Numbered from the stretch's first letter, positions 18,926-29,048 are shown. The stretch is DNA of 64,000 nucleotides from an uncultured virus (IMG/VR IMGVR_UViG_3300025009_000077) (IMGVR_UViG_3300025009_000077:1-64000); one strand, 5' to 3'. Numbers and translations are program-made. The notes: a model not told the origin generated them from the letters alone.

Positions 18926-19558
18926 ATGGATAAGAAAAAATCACTTTTAGAAAGTCTTAGAGAACTAACTCCTAGTTTTAAATATGAAAAAGACGACGAG
19001 TTGGAAGATTTATCTGTTAGAGCTATAGCAGAACCAGAAGAAGACGATGAAGAATCTTTGGATAGTCAAAGTTTGGATGATGAAGAACATTCAGACCACG
19101 AAGAAGATGACGAAAATGGAGAAGATGTTGACGGAGATGGAGATGAGGATAATGTTCATGCTTTATCTAAATTAACAAATGCTTTTGAATCATCTCCAGA
19201 AGAAGTTCAGCATGCTTTAATAATGTTTACTAGAATTATGATAGATACAAACGTAGACATAGACACTCTTCAACAATTTATAGACGATGTAGATGAGGGC
19301 GAAGAGGAAGAAAGCGAAGAAGATTACGAAGATGACGGTGAAGGTTTCGACAACGAAGATGATATGTATGGCGAAGAGGATGAAGAAGGCGAAGAAAGTT
19401 CAGAAGAAGATGAAGAAGAGCCAAATGAATCCTTAAGCGACGAAGATGAAGAATATAACGAATTTAAAAATGAGTTGTTTGAATCAAGTAGAAGTACTTA
19501 TTTTACTAACGAGTCTATAGTAGCTGATGAATTCGACATGTTTGATTTATTGGATTAA
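18926..19558 (+). CDS. highly acidic prohead core/scaffold-like protein
   Basis: Extreme D/E content; position after portal like T4 gp67. Confidence 0.5.
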   Translation: MDKKKSLLESLRELTPSFKYEKDDELEDLSVRAIAEPEEDDEESLDSQSLDDEEHSDHEEDDENGEDVDGDGDEDNVHALSKLTNAFESSPEEVQHALIMFTRIMIDTNVDIDTLQQFIDDVDEGEEEESEEDYEDDGEGFDNEDDMYGEEDEEGEESSEEDEEEPNESLSDEDEEYNEFKNELFESSRSTYFTNESIVADEFDMFDLLD

Positions 19559-19560
19559 TA

Positions 19561-19893
19561 ATGTTTAAAAGAATTAATGAACTAGTTAGAATAATTTGCG
19601 AAGGTGGTGGGTCTGCTGTGGAGATAACAGAATCACCACGTCGCCATGATGGTGAAGAGACCAACTCTGAAGACGAGGAGGACGAGTTAAAGGAGGAACT
19701 TTTCACTAAAAAAGTTGAACACGGAAGAGTTAAGAACATTAGAAATAAGTTGGGGGATGTGGAAGAGGTAGACGATTTACACAATAAAGCTACTTTAATA
19801 AAAGCTAGGTTGAAATCGAGAACCCCCCAAGCAAAATTAGCCAAAAAACATTCACTATTAATAAGAAGAAGGAAAGTAGACGGTGAAAGGTAA
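19561..19893 (+). CDS. prohead core protein candidate (gp68-like)
   Basis: Basic C-terminus, leader MFKRINELVRIICE, synteny. Confidence 0.45.
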   Translation: MFKRINELVRIICEGGGSAVEITESPRRHDGEETNSEDEEDELKEELFTKKVEHGRVKNIRNKLGDVEEVDDLHNKATLIKARLKSRTPQAKLAKKHSLLIRRRKVDGER

Positions 19894-20305
19894 ATTACAA
19901 AAAGTATTAGAGTTGACTGAAAAAGTAGGGATACCCAGAGATGTAAATATAGAAAGTCCTCTAGTTTCCTTAAGTTTAAGACACTTTAAATACGATTTAA
20001 ATTCTACCACAGCACCTCTTATCTGGGATATAACATCAGAAAATCAGAATAAAACTATAAAAGTAAAGATAACAATAGACAAAAGAGCTATGGACGAGGA
20101 TACAGAAATAGAAGAATATGTATTAAAATCAATTAAGAATAATGAAAGTTTTTCAGATTTGGTACATGCTCTTCAACAATTCGAGCCTCACAATAAACAA
20201 ATTAAAAATTTATTTAATTTAGCATCTTGGAAAAAAACGGAAACAACTAATCAAGTCATCTATTCAAAAACAATAAATTTTGGAGAGTATGAAAGTAATG
20301 AGTAA
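19883..20305 (+). CDS. head-module protein with candidate targeting leader
   Basis: MKGKLQKVLELTE leader. Confidence 0.55.
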   Translation: MKGKLQKVLELTEKVGIPRDVNIESPLVSLSLRHFKYDLNSTTAPLIWDITSENQNKTIKVKITIDKRAMDEDTEIEEYVLKSIKNNESFSDLVHALQQFEPHNKQIKNLFNLASWKKTETTNQVIYSKTINFGEYESNE

Positions 20306-21716
20306 AAATTTTCAATATGAGCTTTGGGACATACCCGATAATAAATGGGAATTAAAAGAAGATTATTTAAATGAATCTTCTAATAAATCTGTTGCAGACG
20401 GTAGAAATATCTTGGCAGTTGTTCAAGGTGTTTTCTTTGTTCCAGACGGTGTTTCAAGAAATGAAAGATATTATCCTAAAGTATTTTGGGAAACTATTAT
20501 AGGTCATCCAGATTTAAGAAGAAGACTGGACGATAAAGTTATGTTTGGTTGTATAGGTCATGAAGATAGAGGTATAACTGAATCAGATATAACGGATGGC
20601 AAAGTTTCTCATATTGTTACTAAATTATGGATTGACGAAGAAACTAAGATGGGTATGGGCGAGGCATATATTCTAGGTACTCCTGCTGGAAGAAACCTTT
20701 ATGTTGTTATGAAAGCAGGTTCGAGAATAAAAGTATCTTCCAGAGCATCTGGGGACTATAAATCCAACGAGACTCACGAAGGTATGCCAATAGTTGACGA
20801 AAATAGTTATTATTTGGAAACTTTTGACTTCGTATTGAATCCAGGTTTTACAGAAACTAATCCTTTGATTAAAGAAAATATCAAAAAGATAAAAGAAGAC
20901 ATGAGGAGACTAGAGATGGAATTTACCCAAAAAATTTATGAAGACTTAAGAACAGAAAAGAATTCTCTTAACGAAGAAGTTATGAAACTTAGGGAAGAGA
21001 AAGCTATTTCTGAAGCTAAAGCAAAACAATTAGATGAAGAAGTTATTAAGAAAAATGCTGAGATAGCTAGTCTTACAGAAAAATTAGCTAAAGCAGAAGA
21101 AGTAGAAACAGAAAAAAATCAGATTTCAGAAAAATTAGCAGTTATTGAGAATCATTTGAAAGAGTGTGAAATAGAAGATATTACCACTCTTAAAGAAGAT
21201 TTAGAGAAGTCTGGTTCATTACTCGAAGCTTATGCTAAATTAGGAAGACCTGAACAGATTGAAAGAAAAGTTAAAAAATTAACAGAAGACAATGAAAAGT
21301 GGTCAGAACTTGGTGAGTTAGATTCTATCGTAGAAGCTATACCTGTTATTGAATATGTTCTTGAAGAAACTGTTAATTTAGGTATTCCTCTTAGTGAAGT
21401 TAAAGAAATAATTTCAAGAGCGGAACATTTAGTAAATGAAGAAAAAGAAAAACAAAATGAAAATTTAGTTCTTTCTATTTCGAGAGAATACAATGCTCCT
21501 ATAGAAAACGTAAGAAGCATGTTAGAAACATTGGGAGAAGTTCAAACAGTTGGTATTCTTCAATCACTTAACCTTAAAAACAAAAAAATTGTTAAAGAAG
21601 AAGTTAGAATGGAAGAGAAAAAAGTTGTTGATAAAAAACAGCAACAGTCTTTGAAAGAGGATAAACCACCTGTCTATAATTTGTTCAGACAGTACAAAAA
21701 TGAAAAATCAAAATAG
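20289..21716 (+). CDS. prohead protease (gp21/U9-like) fused to coiled-coil scaffold
   Basis: SRNERYY, G.IGH, VSH, ILGTPAG, VSSRASG, TFDFV.NPG; long coiled coil. Confidence 0.85.
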   Translation: MKVMSKNFQYELWDIPDNKWELKEDYLNESSNKSVADGRNILAVVQGVFFVPDGVSRNERYYPKVFWETIIGHPDLRRRLDDKVMFGCIGHEDRGITESDITDGKVSHIVTKLWIDEETKMGMGEAYILGTPAGRNLYVVMKAGSRIKVSSRASGDYKSNETHEGMPIVDENSYYLETFDFVLNPGFTETNPLIKENIKKIKEDMRRLEMEFTQKIYEDLRTEKNSLNEEVMKLREEKAISEAKAKQLDEEVIKKNAEIASLTEKLAKAEEVETEKNQISEKLAVIENHLKECEIEDITTLKEDLEKSGSLLEAYAKLGRPEQIERKVKKLTEDNEKWSELGELDSIVEAIPVIEYVLEETVNLGIPLSEVKEIISRAEHLVNEEKEKQNENLVLSISREYNAPIENVRSMLETLGEVQTVGILQSLNLKNKKIVKEEVRMEEKKVVDKKQQQSLKEDKPPVYNLFRQYKNEKSK

Positions 21717-21719
21717 TTC

Positions 21720-21735
21720 TTTATATTATATATAG
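21720..21735 (+). promoter_or_regulatory. late promoter motif
   Basis: TTTATATTATATATAG. Confidence 0.75.
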
Positions 21736-21797
21736 ATGTATTGTTAGATAGTTTGTAAGATATAAGTAACGTCAGACCACAGGAGTGATTTAAAATT

Positions 21798-23210
21798 ATG
21801 AAGATGACTCAGAATGAAAAAGTATTAAGAGGTGCGGAATACTTCTTAAAGAACCCTACCTACAAGCCTTACATGGAATCCTTGGAAGAATCACCACTTG
21901 CAAGAGTAAGAGCTATTTCCCCTATGGATTATGTAATCTTAGGAAAACAATTTAGACAGTTTGAAAACTACAAAAAAATGGTAAGTGAAACATTTGGTAC
22001 ATTAAAAGATTTAGGTCAATTACCTAAATACGCTTATGATGTTATCACAGCTAACTACGCAGCTTCCATTCTTCCTTTACTAGCTTCAGTTCAACCTATT
22101 AAAGGTCAACAAGGTATTGTTTATTTCAAACAAATCAAAGCTAGAACAACTAGAGGAAATGTTAGTGAAAATGACATCCTTAGAAATGCTATTGCTAAAC
22201 CTCAAGTACAAGCAGTAGGTTTCGCTGGTGAGAAAGTTTATCAGAACTTAGGAACATTGATAGCTGCTCAACAAAGTTATACTTTCAACTTAACTCCAGC
22301 ACCTGTTAGAGAAAGACAATTAACAATCAGTCTTTCCACGACAACCCAAACCTTAATAGATGATGGTAATGGAAACATTGTTCCAGTTGGTGGAGCATTA
22401 GGTACAGGTACTATTAACTATGCTACAGGTTTAGTAACTATCGACTTCATCACCCCTATTACTGGTGTAGAAGTTGCTAGAGCTGAGTTTGGTACAGAAT
22501 ACGAAGAAAACGGAAACCTTCCTACGATTCAATCAAGTTTCGATTCCGCTGATGTTAGAGCCGAAGTGTTCGCATTAAGAAGTGAAATGGGTAGCTTGAA
22601 AGCGTTTGAATTAAAACAAACCTTTGGTAAGGATGCTGAAACAGAAATGATTAACGACCTTACAATGGAAATAAACGCTGAATTGGGAAACACTCTTATT
22701 AGCAGAATAGCTAATGCTTCTTTCGGTACTCCTATCGTATGGGATTCAGCAGCTCCAGCAGGAACCTCCGAAGTCGAACACAAACTTGCTTTCAGAAACA
22801 GAATCGCTGAAGCTTCTTCCCACATTGCTCAAAACGCAGGTCGTGGTGAAGTAACAGCTATTATCTGTGGTGTTAAAGCAGCAGCCTTGTTTGACCAATT
22901 AGGAACCTTATTTGAAAGAACTGGATTTGCTTCTTCAGGACCTACACTTTATGGTATGTACAACAAAAATATTCCAGTAATCAGAGCGATAGACGTAATA
23001 GACGACAGTGCTGTATATTGTATCTACAAAGGTACAGGCAACTTCGATGCTCCTGCTGTTTACTGTCCATATATGCCTTTAGTTGTAAACGGAAGTTTAC
23101 CAGTATTAAACAATGTGTTAAAAACCCAAGGGTACGCATTGGTTTGGTCAGCCATGAAGGTCATCGTGAACAGGTTTATTACTAAGATTGACGTGCAGAA
23201 CTTAGTATAA
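21798..23210 (+). CDS. major capsid protein (gp23-like)
   Basis: SVQPI.GQQGIVY, DAETE...L..EINAE, AVYCPYMPL motifs; highly biased codon usage. Confidence 0.92.
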   Translation: MKMTQNEKVLRGAEYFLKNPTYKPYMESLEESPLARVRAISPMDYVILGKQFRQFENYKKMVSETFGTLKDLGQLPKYAYDVITANYAASILPLLASVQPIKGQQGIVYFKQIKARTTRGNVSENDILRNAIAKPQVQAVGFAGEKVYQNLGTLIAAQQSYTFNLTPAPVRERQLTISLSTTTQTLIDDGNGNIVPVGGALGTGTINYATGLVTIDFITPITGVEVARAEFGTEYEENGNLPTIQSSFDSADVRAEVFALRSEMGSLKAFELKQTFGKDAETEMINDLTMEINAELGNTLISRIANASFGTPIVWDSAAPAGTSEVEHKLAFRNRIAEASSHIAQNAGRGEVTAIICGVKAAALFDQLGTLFERTGFASSGPTLYGMYNKNIPVIRAIDVIDDSAVYCIYKGTGNFDAPAVYCPYMPLVVNGSLPVLNNVLKTQGYALVWSAMKVIVNRFITKIDVQNLV

Positions 23211-23236
23211 GACTCTGTAATAAACATAGAATCAAT

Positions 23237-23268
23237 AATAGAGATGGTTTAAAAACCATCTCTATTTC
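23237..23268 (+). terminator. intrinsic terminator after the capsid gene
   Basis: AATAGAGATGGTT/AACCATCTCTATT stem. Confidence 0.75.
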
Positions 23269-23272
23269 TATA

Positions 23273-23357
23273 TTGACATTATATAATAATCATGGTATAC
23301 TATAGGCATAATCTAAGATATCCTAATGTTGACTTTTTAAATTAGGTATGTTATAAT
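23273..23357 (+). promoter_or_regulatory. two tandem sigma70-type promoters
   Basis: TTGACA(23273)-N17-TATACT and TTGACT(23329)-N17-TATAAT. Confidence 0.75.
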
Positions 23358-23386
23358 ATATTAGTAGTTCGATAAGGAGTTTTTTA

Positions 23387-24133
23387 ATGGATAAAAGATA
23401 TAAATTAATAAATAAATCTAATAGGGTTATCGGTGTGAGTGTTAATGGAATGAAACAAGTATTTAATATTCCTCCAGACGGTGAAGAGGAATTATTAGAT
23501 AACTATTATATAAATCATCTTACTGAGACTATAAGAATATTTAAAGGCGATATAATTTTAGAAGAAATTATAGAAGAAGATGGATTGAGTAAACTTTCAA
23601 GGCTTTCCCAAGAGATGGGATTGTACGACGAGGAACCAGAAGAATCTTTATTCAACCAAGTTACTGACGAGGGAAAGTTAATTCCTATTAATAGGAGAGT
23701 AACTGGAGATGTGGCTATTAATATAAATAAAAATGTAAATGAGGATTTAAACGAACTATATGTTTCTTTGAAAACTGATTCCTCTGAGGATATAAAATCT
23801 GAACTGATGCCCTTATCTGAAGAAGAAATAGAAACTTACTTGAAGACTACATTTAATTTTGAAGATAGTGAACCTAACTTAGCCATAGTTAAAGGGATTA
23901 AAGAAGAAATAGCATTTAGTAAAAAGAATATAGAGCTATTAGATAAATTAAAAGATTTTAATCACGACGATGCTTCTGTATTAGATGCAGACGAATTATC
24001 AGATAATAATTATCCAGAAGATGAAGAGTTAGTAGGAGATGTTACGATAGACCCTAACCTAGAAATAAAAGAGTCGGAAAATACATTACCTGCTAAGAAG
24101 AAAGGTTCTAAGAAGAATACTCCTAAATCATAA
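23387..24133 (+). CDS. acidic hypothetical protein with early promoters inside the structural module
   Basis: ORF with AGGAG RBS. Confidence 0.65.
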   Translation: MDKRYKLINKSNRVIGVSVNGMKQVFNIPPDGEEELLDNYYINHLTETIRIFKGDIILEEIIEEDGLSKLSRLSQEMGLYDEEPEESLFNQVTDEGKLIPINRRVTGDVAININKNVNEDLNELYVSLKTDSSEDIKSELMPLSEEEIETYLKTTFNFEDSEPNLAIVKGIKEEIAFSKKNIELLDKLKDFNHDDASVLDADELSDNNYPEDEELVGDVTIDPNLEIKESENTLPAKKKGSKKNTPKS

Positions 24134-24191
24134 TATTTTTAACAAAGATAGTTTATATTTTAAGTAGGATAAAACTATCTTTGGAGTATTT

Positions 24192-25049
24192 ATATGGTTT
24201 ATAAAGCAAGTTAAGATAAGTGAAGGTCAACTTCTTATACCTTTACAAGCTTTAAGACTTGATGATGATAATTTAGAACAACTATTTGTATACACTGCTA
24301 AACAATTGCAGAACAAGAGACCTGTTAGAGATATTTTAAATGTGAATGTAAATCAAAATGGTGTTAGCATTCCTAATGCTTTATCTGTTTTAGCTTTAAA
24401 ATATCCACTATACCCAAATCTTGACAGAAATAGTGCTCCCATAGCACGTAATTTGTGGTGGTTTGACCCTCATACTAGGATATTAAAGTCTATTTTTTCA
24501 TCTACTTTTAACGTAGTATATCTTAGAGAGTATGTAATAGGTAATTTTCAGATAAGTGATACTCCCACATATACCATTGACGGGGAATCTGTTATAGATT
24601 TCTTTTTAAGATGTAATTATAAACAAGGTAGCTTAGAAATATCTAAAACGGATGTTCTTAATGTTAAACATATAGCTACGGAAGTATCACGTGTAGGTAA
24701 TATTGTTACACTAGGAGGTACTTTAGGCTCTGGAACTATAGATTTGAGTACTTTGAAAGTAAATATGACCCTTACTGATACAAGTGCGGGTAATATAACT
24801 GTTACTATGTACAATAAAAGAAAAGCTATAAGAGACTTTGATATAAGTAATAGACCCTTTATGTTAGCTTTCACTGTAGCTGTACTAAGGTCATTCGGTA
24901 GCTTGAAATATCAAGCAACATTAGACCCTTCTGCGGGACTTCCTTTCTCTCTGCAAGCGGATACCATGCTAGACCGTGCTAGAGTATTAGAAGACCAGTT
25001 ACAAACGATGCTTAATAACAATGATAAGTGGTACGAGTTCGGGTATTGA
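24192..25049 (+). CDS. neck/head-completion protein (gp13-like); start uncertain
   Basis: Frame open from 24168, RBS at 24183; C-terminal KY...LPF.L.A..M...A..LE pattern; synteny. Confidence 0.55.
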   Translation: MWFIKQVKISEGQLLIPLQALRLDDDNLEQLFVYTAKQLQNKRPVRDILNVNVNQNGVSIPNALSVLALKYPLYPNLDRNSAPIARNLWWFDPHTRILKSIFSSTFNVVYLREYVIGNFQISDTPTYTIDGESVIDFFLRCNYKQGSLEISKTDVLNVKHIATEVSRVGNIVTLGGTLGSGTIDLSTLKVNMTLTDTSAGNITVTMYNKRKAIRDFDISNRPFMLAFTVAVLRSFGSLKYQATLDPSAGLPFSLQADTMLDRARVLEDQLQTMLNNNDKWYEFGY

Positions 25050-25055
25050 TTCGAC

Positions 25056-25487
25056 ATGTTTGACAAAATATTAAAACTATGTAATAATGTTAAAGAAGAG
25101 TGGGCGGGTTCTGTAAAAACCAGTTGGAAAAAAGATGCCCTCATAGATGTTTTTGTTAATCCCAGTAAAGGGGAGATATTAAAAATGACTAGAGGAGGTA
25201 AAACTCCTGTTAGATTTTTTATAGCTCTTAACGGAGACTTTTACGTATGGGCTTTTGATGATGCAGAACATGATGAAGTAGCTAATCAATTAAAGAAGAA
25301 CTATAAAGTAAAGGGTGTTTACTATAATCCTGATTATATTGAATTTTTTAAGGTTAAAACACCAGAGAGAGTATATCCAGAAGTGGAGAGTAGCAAAATA
25401 ATGAATGTTCTGGATAAAGACTTTCATGATAACTTACTAAGACAAAAGTTAGTTCACGGGGTTCCTATGAGTAAGTTAGTATATTAG
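25056..25487 (+). CDS. candidate internal head (ejected) protein
   Basis: Leader MFDKILKLCNNVKE. Confidence 0.6.
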   Translation: MFDKILKLCNNVKEEWAGSVKTSWKKDALIDVFVNPSKGEILKMTRGGKTPVRFFIALNGDFYVWAFDDAEHDEVANQLKKNYKVKGVYYNPDYIEFFKVKTPERVYPEVESSKIMNVLDKDFHDNLLRQKLVHGVPMSKLVY

Positions 25488-25494
25488 GTGTATT

Positions 25495-26112
25495 ATGTCC
25501 ATTAAAAAGATTAAAAATTTGATAGAGATGTTAGAAGGTAAACAGGTAGGAACTCTTTATCATTTTACTAATGCTGATAAATTTATACATATTCTTAAAG
25601 AGAATTCTCTTAAATCTAGTAGGAGACAACCAGATAGCGGTTATGGTGGTTATGGGTACATATCTTTTACTAGGGATAAAAATTTTAACAAAGTACCTAG
25701 GGGAAGTATATCTGGTACAGCTATAGTTTTTATAGTGGATGGGGATAAATTATCTAATAAGTATAAAATAGAACCTTTTAATTACTATAACTATGCAGAT
25801 AAAAGTAACCCAGAACGTGTAGAAGCAGAGGAAAGAGTAGTAGGTAAAGGTATTTATGCTATAGAGGGTATAGAAATACCTAATTTTTTAGATTATGTAA
25901 CAAAGATTATAATATATAGAGATAAATTTCTACAAGAGATGAGAGTAGGGGGCATGCTTAGGTCTGAAAGAAGAGACTTAAGAGATGAGCTTAATTTGAA
26001 TATAGAGAATGGAGAACTAGATTCTCCCAATATTTTAATAGCTAATCAATTTTATGATGCTTTTATAAAATATCTAAATGATAACAATGTAACCTATGAG
26101 GTTATAGAATAA
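25495..26112 (+). CDS. ADP-ribosyltransferase-fold protein, candidate internal head protein
   Basis: LYHFT, YISFTR, EAEER motifs; leader MSIKKIKNLIEMLE. Confidence 0.55.
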   Translation: MSIKKIKNLIEMLEGKQVGTLYHFTNADKFIHILKENSLKSSRRQPDSGYGGYGYISFTRDKNFNKVPRGSISGTAIVFIVDGDKLSNKYKIEPFNYYNYADKSNPERVEAEERVVGKGIYAIEGIEIPNFLDYVTKIIIYRDKFLQEMRVGGMLRSERRDLRDELNLNIENGELDSPNILIANQFYDAFIKYLNDNNVTYEVIE

Positions 26113-28193
26113 TGAATTATTCTAAATTGATATTAGCACATAACACTACCAAGGAAGCAAAGATTAACATATTAGGAAGTGGCTTTAATTTAAATAAGTT
26201 TGGAGAAACTTCCAAAGTTTGGGGTATGGACTATAAGAAAGATTTATACGGTATTAGTTTTTCTGTTACCAATGAACCCTACGACGAAGAAACCTTGTCA
26301 TGGAAAGGTTTAGGTAAAACTGCTACTATATATGCTAAATTTAACTCTAAAGCTAACCCGTTAGAATTAGGATTCTATACTGATGGTAAGTTTTGGAAAG
26401 ATTATCTTCATGGTAAGTACAAGACTACTAATGGGAAAATATTAGCTAAAAGAATTATGAGAGAAGGTTATACTTCTGTTATAACTAAGGATGAAGATAG
26501 TCATATAATGGAAGTAGTTGTTTTGGATTTATCTACCATAAATTTATTCAATAGCTTTCCTAAAAATGAAAATAAATCTTTAAAAGATATAAAAGATATT
26601 ATTAATGAAATATCTTGGACTGATTTATATCCCAAAGATTTTATTAAATTCAGAAAAGACTATACTAAGAAGAAAGACGATTATGGAGTATATGTTAATT
26701 TTTCAAATTTTAATGATAACACTATAGATAAGAATCCCTACGACAATCCTAACCACACAGACCCCGTAGGCATATATGGGTATCCTTTAAAGTATGTTAT
26801 AGATTACCCTGCTGATATATGGTATGGAAGAAACGCTAAATATCTTAGGGTTATTCAAGATAATTCTAAGAATCCCCTGTATATAACAGAGATGACTGAT
26901 AGGCAAATAGAGATAATTTTAAATAACATGGGGTTTAAGCCTTCTCAAATCGAAGACCTTTTGAAAAGAGCTAAGAAGTATTTTGGATATACAGGGTCTA
27001 ATGCTATGAGAAAAGCTTTTATGTCCGTAGTTCAGATAAAAAATGTAAATGAATTATCGGGAAAGAAACCTTTTTGGAGTAGTGATGAGAAAGTAAAATT
27101 GGAGATGCGTTCTGGAAAAGAGCAGACAGGTTTATTTCTGAAAGCAGGTTTTGATTGTATAATAGATAATGCTAAGAATCAAAAAGGTGCTGTTATTAAT
27201 CCTAGGGAACCTCAACAAACCATATTTTTAACTAGAGATTCTTTTAAAATTGTAGATATCTATGAGTTAAGGGGAGGAAAAGAGGACTATATAGCTGGCA
27301 GTATGTCTTCTCAAGACGAAGAAAGGTTATCCAGAAAATTAGCATCTATGATACTTGCTATGATAGATGGGGATAAATTGTTATCTCAAGAAGCTTTAAG
27401 AACTAATCAAAACGGCTATAGTGTGTACTGGACTAATAAAGGCAGGAGAATAGCGATAAAATTTGATGTAGATGACGATTATTATAAAAATAAATCTTGG
27501 GGAGAAAAAACACATAAGGAAAACAAATGGTCAGATTATCACAGACCTAAGATTATGATATATGCCGAAAAGAAATTTCTAACTATCACTTTTTCTAAAG
27601 ATACTACTTTTGAGGAAATAGCTAGACAGATAGCTAGTGATTGGGATACTTCCCCAGATAATCCAGATTTCAAACCAGAAAATCAACAATCTTATTTAAG
27701 TAAAGAAGAAGTGGCTAGAAGTGAAGCTAGTATTAATAAATTAGTACAGTGGTTTGAGACACAGTTAAAATCTATTATTGAGTTATGTATACATTATGGA
27801 TTTTCTTTTACACCCACTAGCGATAAGTCTACCTTGTTCCTACTTTATTTATTATTTACAAGAATTCACTTTGCTACAGAGGAGAAACCTTACAGTAATC
27901 AATTATTCACTGAAACTTTGAATGGCATAAAAACGTCTAGTGATGATAAATACCATTATGATAAGTATCTCCAAGATAGAGTATCTTTTAATGAGCCTCA
28001 GATAGAACAATTCAGAAGATTACTTGAGAGGATGTTTAACGAGGATACTATAATAAATGATGGTCAGAAAGAAATGACTCTAGGAGAGTACTTCAGGACT
28101 AGAGTTTTTGAGTTGGGGGACAAGAAAGTTCCCCTGTTTGATATTTTTAATAAACTTATTAATGAAAATAAGGTTAGTAATAATGAAGTTTAA
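26112..28193 (+). CDS. multi-domain (polyvalent-like) protein with two ART-like domains
   Basis: Domain 1 LAHNT..GF..GISFS..GYTSVI..EVVVLD; domain 2 PVGIYGYP..GFDCIID..INPREPQQ.IFL. Confidence 0.5.
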   Translation: MNYSKLILAHNTTKEAKINILGSGFNLNKFGETSKVWGMDYKKDLYGISFSVTNEPYDEETLSWKGLGKTATIYAKFNSKANPLELGFYTDGKFWKDYLHGKYKTTNGKILAKRIMREGYTSVITKDEDSHIMEVVVLDLSTINLFNSFPKNENKSLKDIKDIINEISWTDLYPKDFIKFRKDYTKKKDDYGVYVNFSNFNDNTIDKNPYDNPNHTDPVGIYGYPLKYVIDYPADIWYGRNAKYLRVIQDNSKNPLYITEMTDRQIEIILNNMGFKPSQIEDLLKRAKKYFGYTGSNAMRKAFMSVVQIKNVNELSGKKPFWSSDEKVKLEMRSGKEQTGLFLKAGFDCIIDNAKNQKGAVINPREPQQTIFLTRDSFKIVDIYELRGGKEDYIAGSMSSQDEERLSRKLASMILAMIDGDKLLSQEALRTNQNGYSVYWTNKGRRIAIKFDVDDDYYKNKSWGEKTHKENKWSDYHRPKIMIYAEKKFLTITFSKDTTFEEIARQIASDWDTSPDNPDFKPENQQSYLSKEEVARSEASINKLVQWFETQLKSIIELCIHYGFSFTPTSDKSTLFLLYLLFTRIHFATEEKPYSNQLFTETLNGIKTSSDDKYHYDKYLQDRVSFNEPQIEQFRRLLERMFNEDTIINDGQKEMTLGEYFRTRVFELGDKKVPLFDIFNKLINENKVSNNEV

Positions 28194-28764
28194 TAAAATA
28201 ATAGAATTGAGTAATAAAATAAATGAAGAAAATCCTGCTTTGTCCTTATTGAAGGGAGTAGGAAAAAGTGTTTTATCCACGGTAGGAAACGAATTAGCTG
28301 ATGTTTTGGGAGGATTAGCTACTGGATTTTTAAGAGCAGTCCCCCTGCCTCTAGTAAACGCTTTTTCAGATATGATAGGAAAAACTATCTCTAAAACTTT
28401 TATAGAAAAGATACATGAAAAAGATAGAAATGAAATAAGAAATTGGTACTATGGTAATAAATTATATTATAGAGAATTACCTAAATTACCTATTACTTAT
28501 GAAGTAGTGGATAAGGTGAATAAGTTACTATTACCAGCCTTTAATAAAAAAGGGTACTTAGTTCAAGTTACGGGTAAACTTAGAAGCCCTAGTTTTTATT
28601 TAGCTCAGTTATTTATATTGTCTAATAGAAAACCTATATTAGATACTAAAAGAAATCCCAGAGTATTTCCAATACCCGTAGCATGGTTGGAAAACATGGA
28701 TACGGAAGATGAGGCTAGTTTTGTAGTAGAATATTTAAATGAATTATGGGAATTAAAATCATGA
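28183..28764 (+). CDS. candidate internal head protein
   Basis: Start moved to ATG 28183; leader MKFNKIIELSNKINE, then an amphipathic Gly-rich helix. Confidence 0.6.
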   Translation: MKFNKIIELSNKINEENPALSLLKGVGKSVLSTVGNELADVLGGLATGFLRAVPLPLVNAFSDMIGKTISKTFIEKIHEKDRNEIRNWYYGNKLYYRELPKLPITYEVVDKVNKLLLPAFNKKGYLVQVTGKLRSPSFYLAQLFILSNRKPILDTKRNPRVFPIPVAWLENMDTEDEASFVVEYLNELWELKS

Positions 28765-29048
28765 TGAAAAGGATATTAAAATTAGTAGAAGGAGTTTTAA
28801 GTCCAGAAGAAGTGGGTATATTGGATACTTATTCCAAACCCACACCTAACTATGAATTGGATAATGTAATTAAATTAGCTAGAGAAAAAGGTTACGACAT
28901 AAAGACTGTTAAAGAATATCCTAATAAATTTTTATTGGATGTATTTAAGGGAGGAGATAAGATTAATTCTATATCAATAGATAAAAAAGACTTACTGAAT
29001 AATAATGTAGATATAATAAACTTAATACGCAATAGGGAAGACTATTGA
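28761..29048 (+). CDS. candidate internal head protein
   Basis: ATGA overlap; leader MMKRILKLVE. Confidence 0.6.
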   Translation: MMKRILKLVEGVLSPEEVGILDTYSKPTPNYELDNVIKLAREKGYDIKTVKEYPNKFLLDVFKGGDKINSISIDKKDLLNNNVDIINLIRNREDY

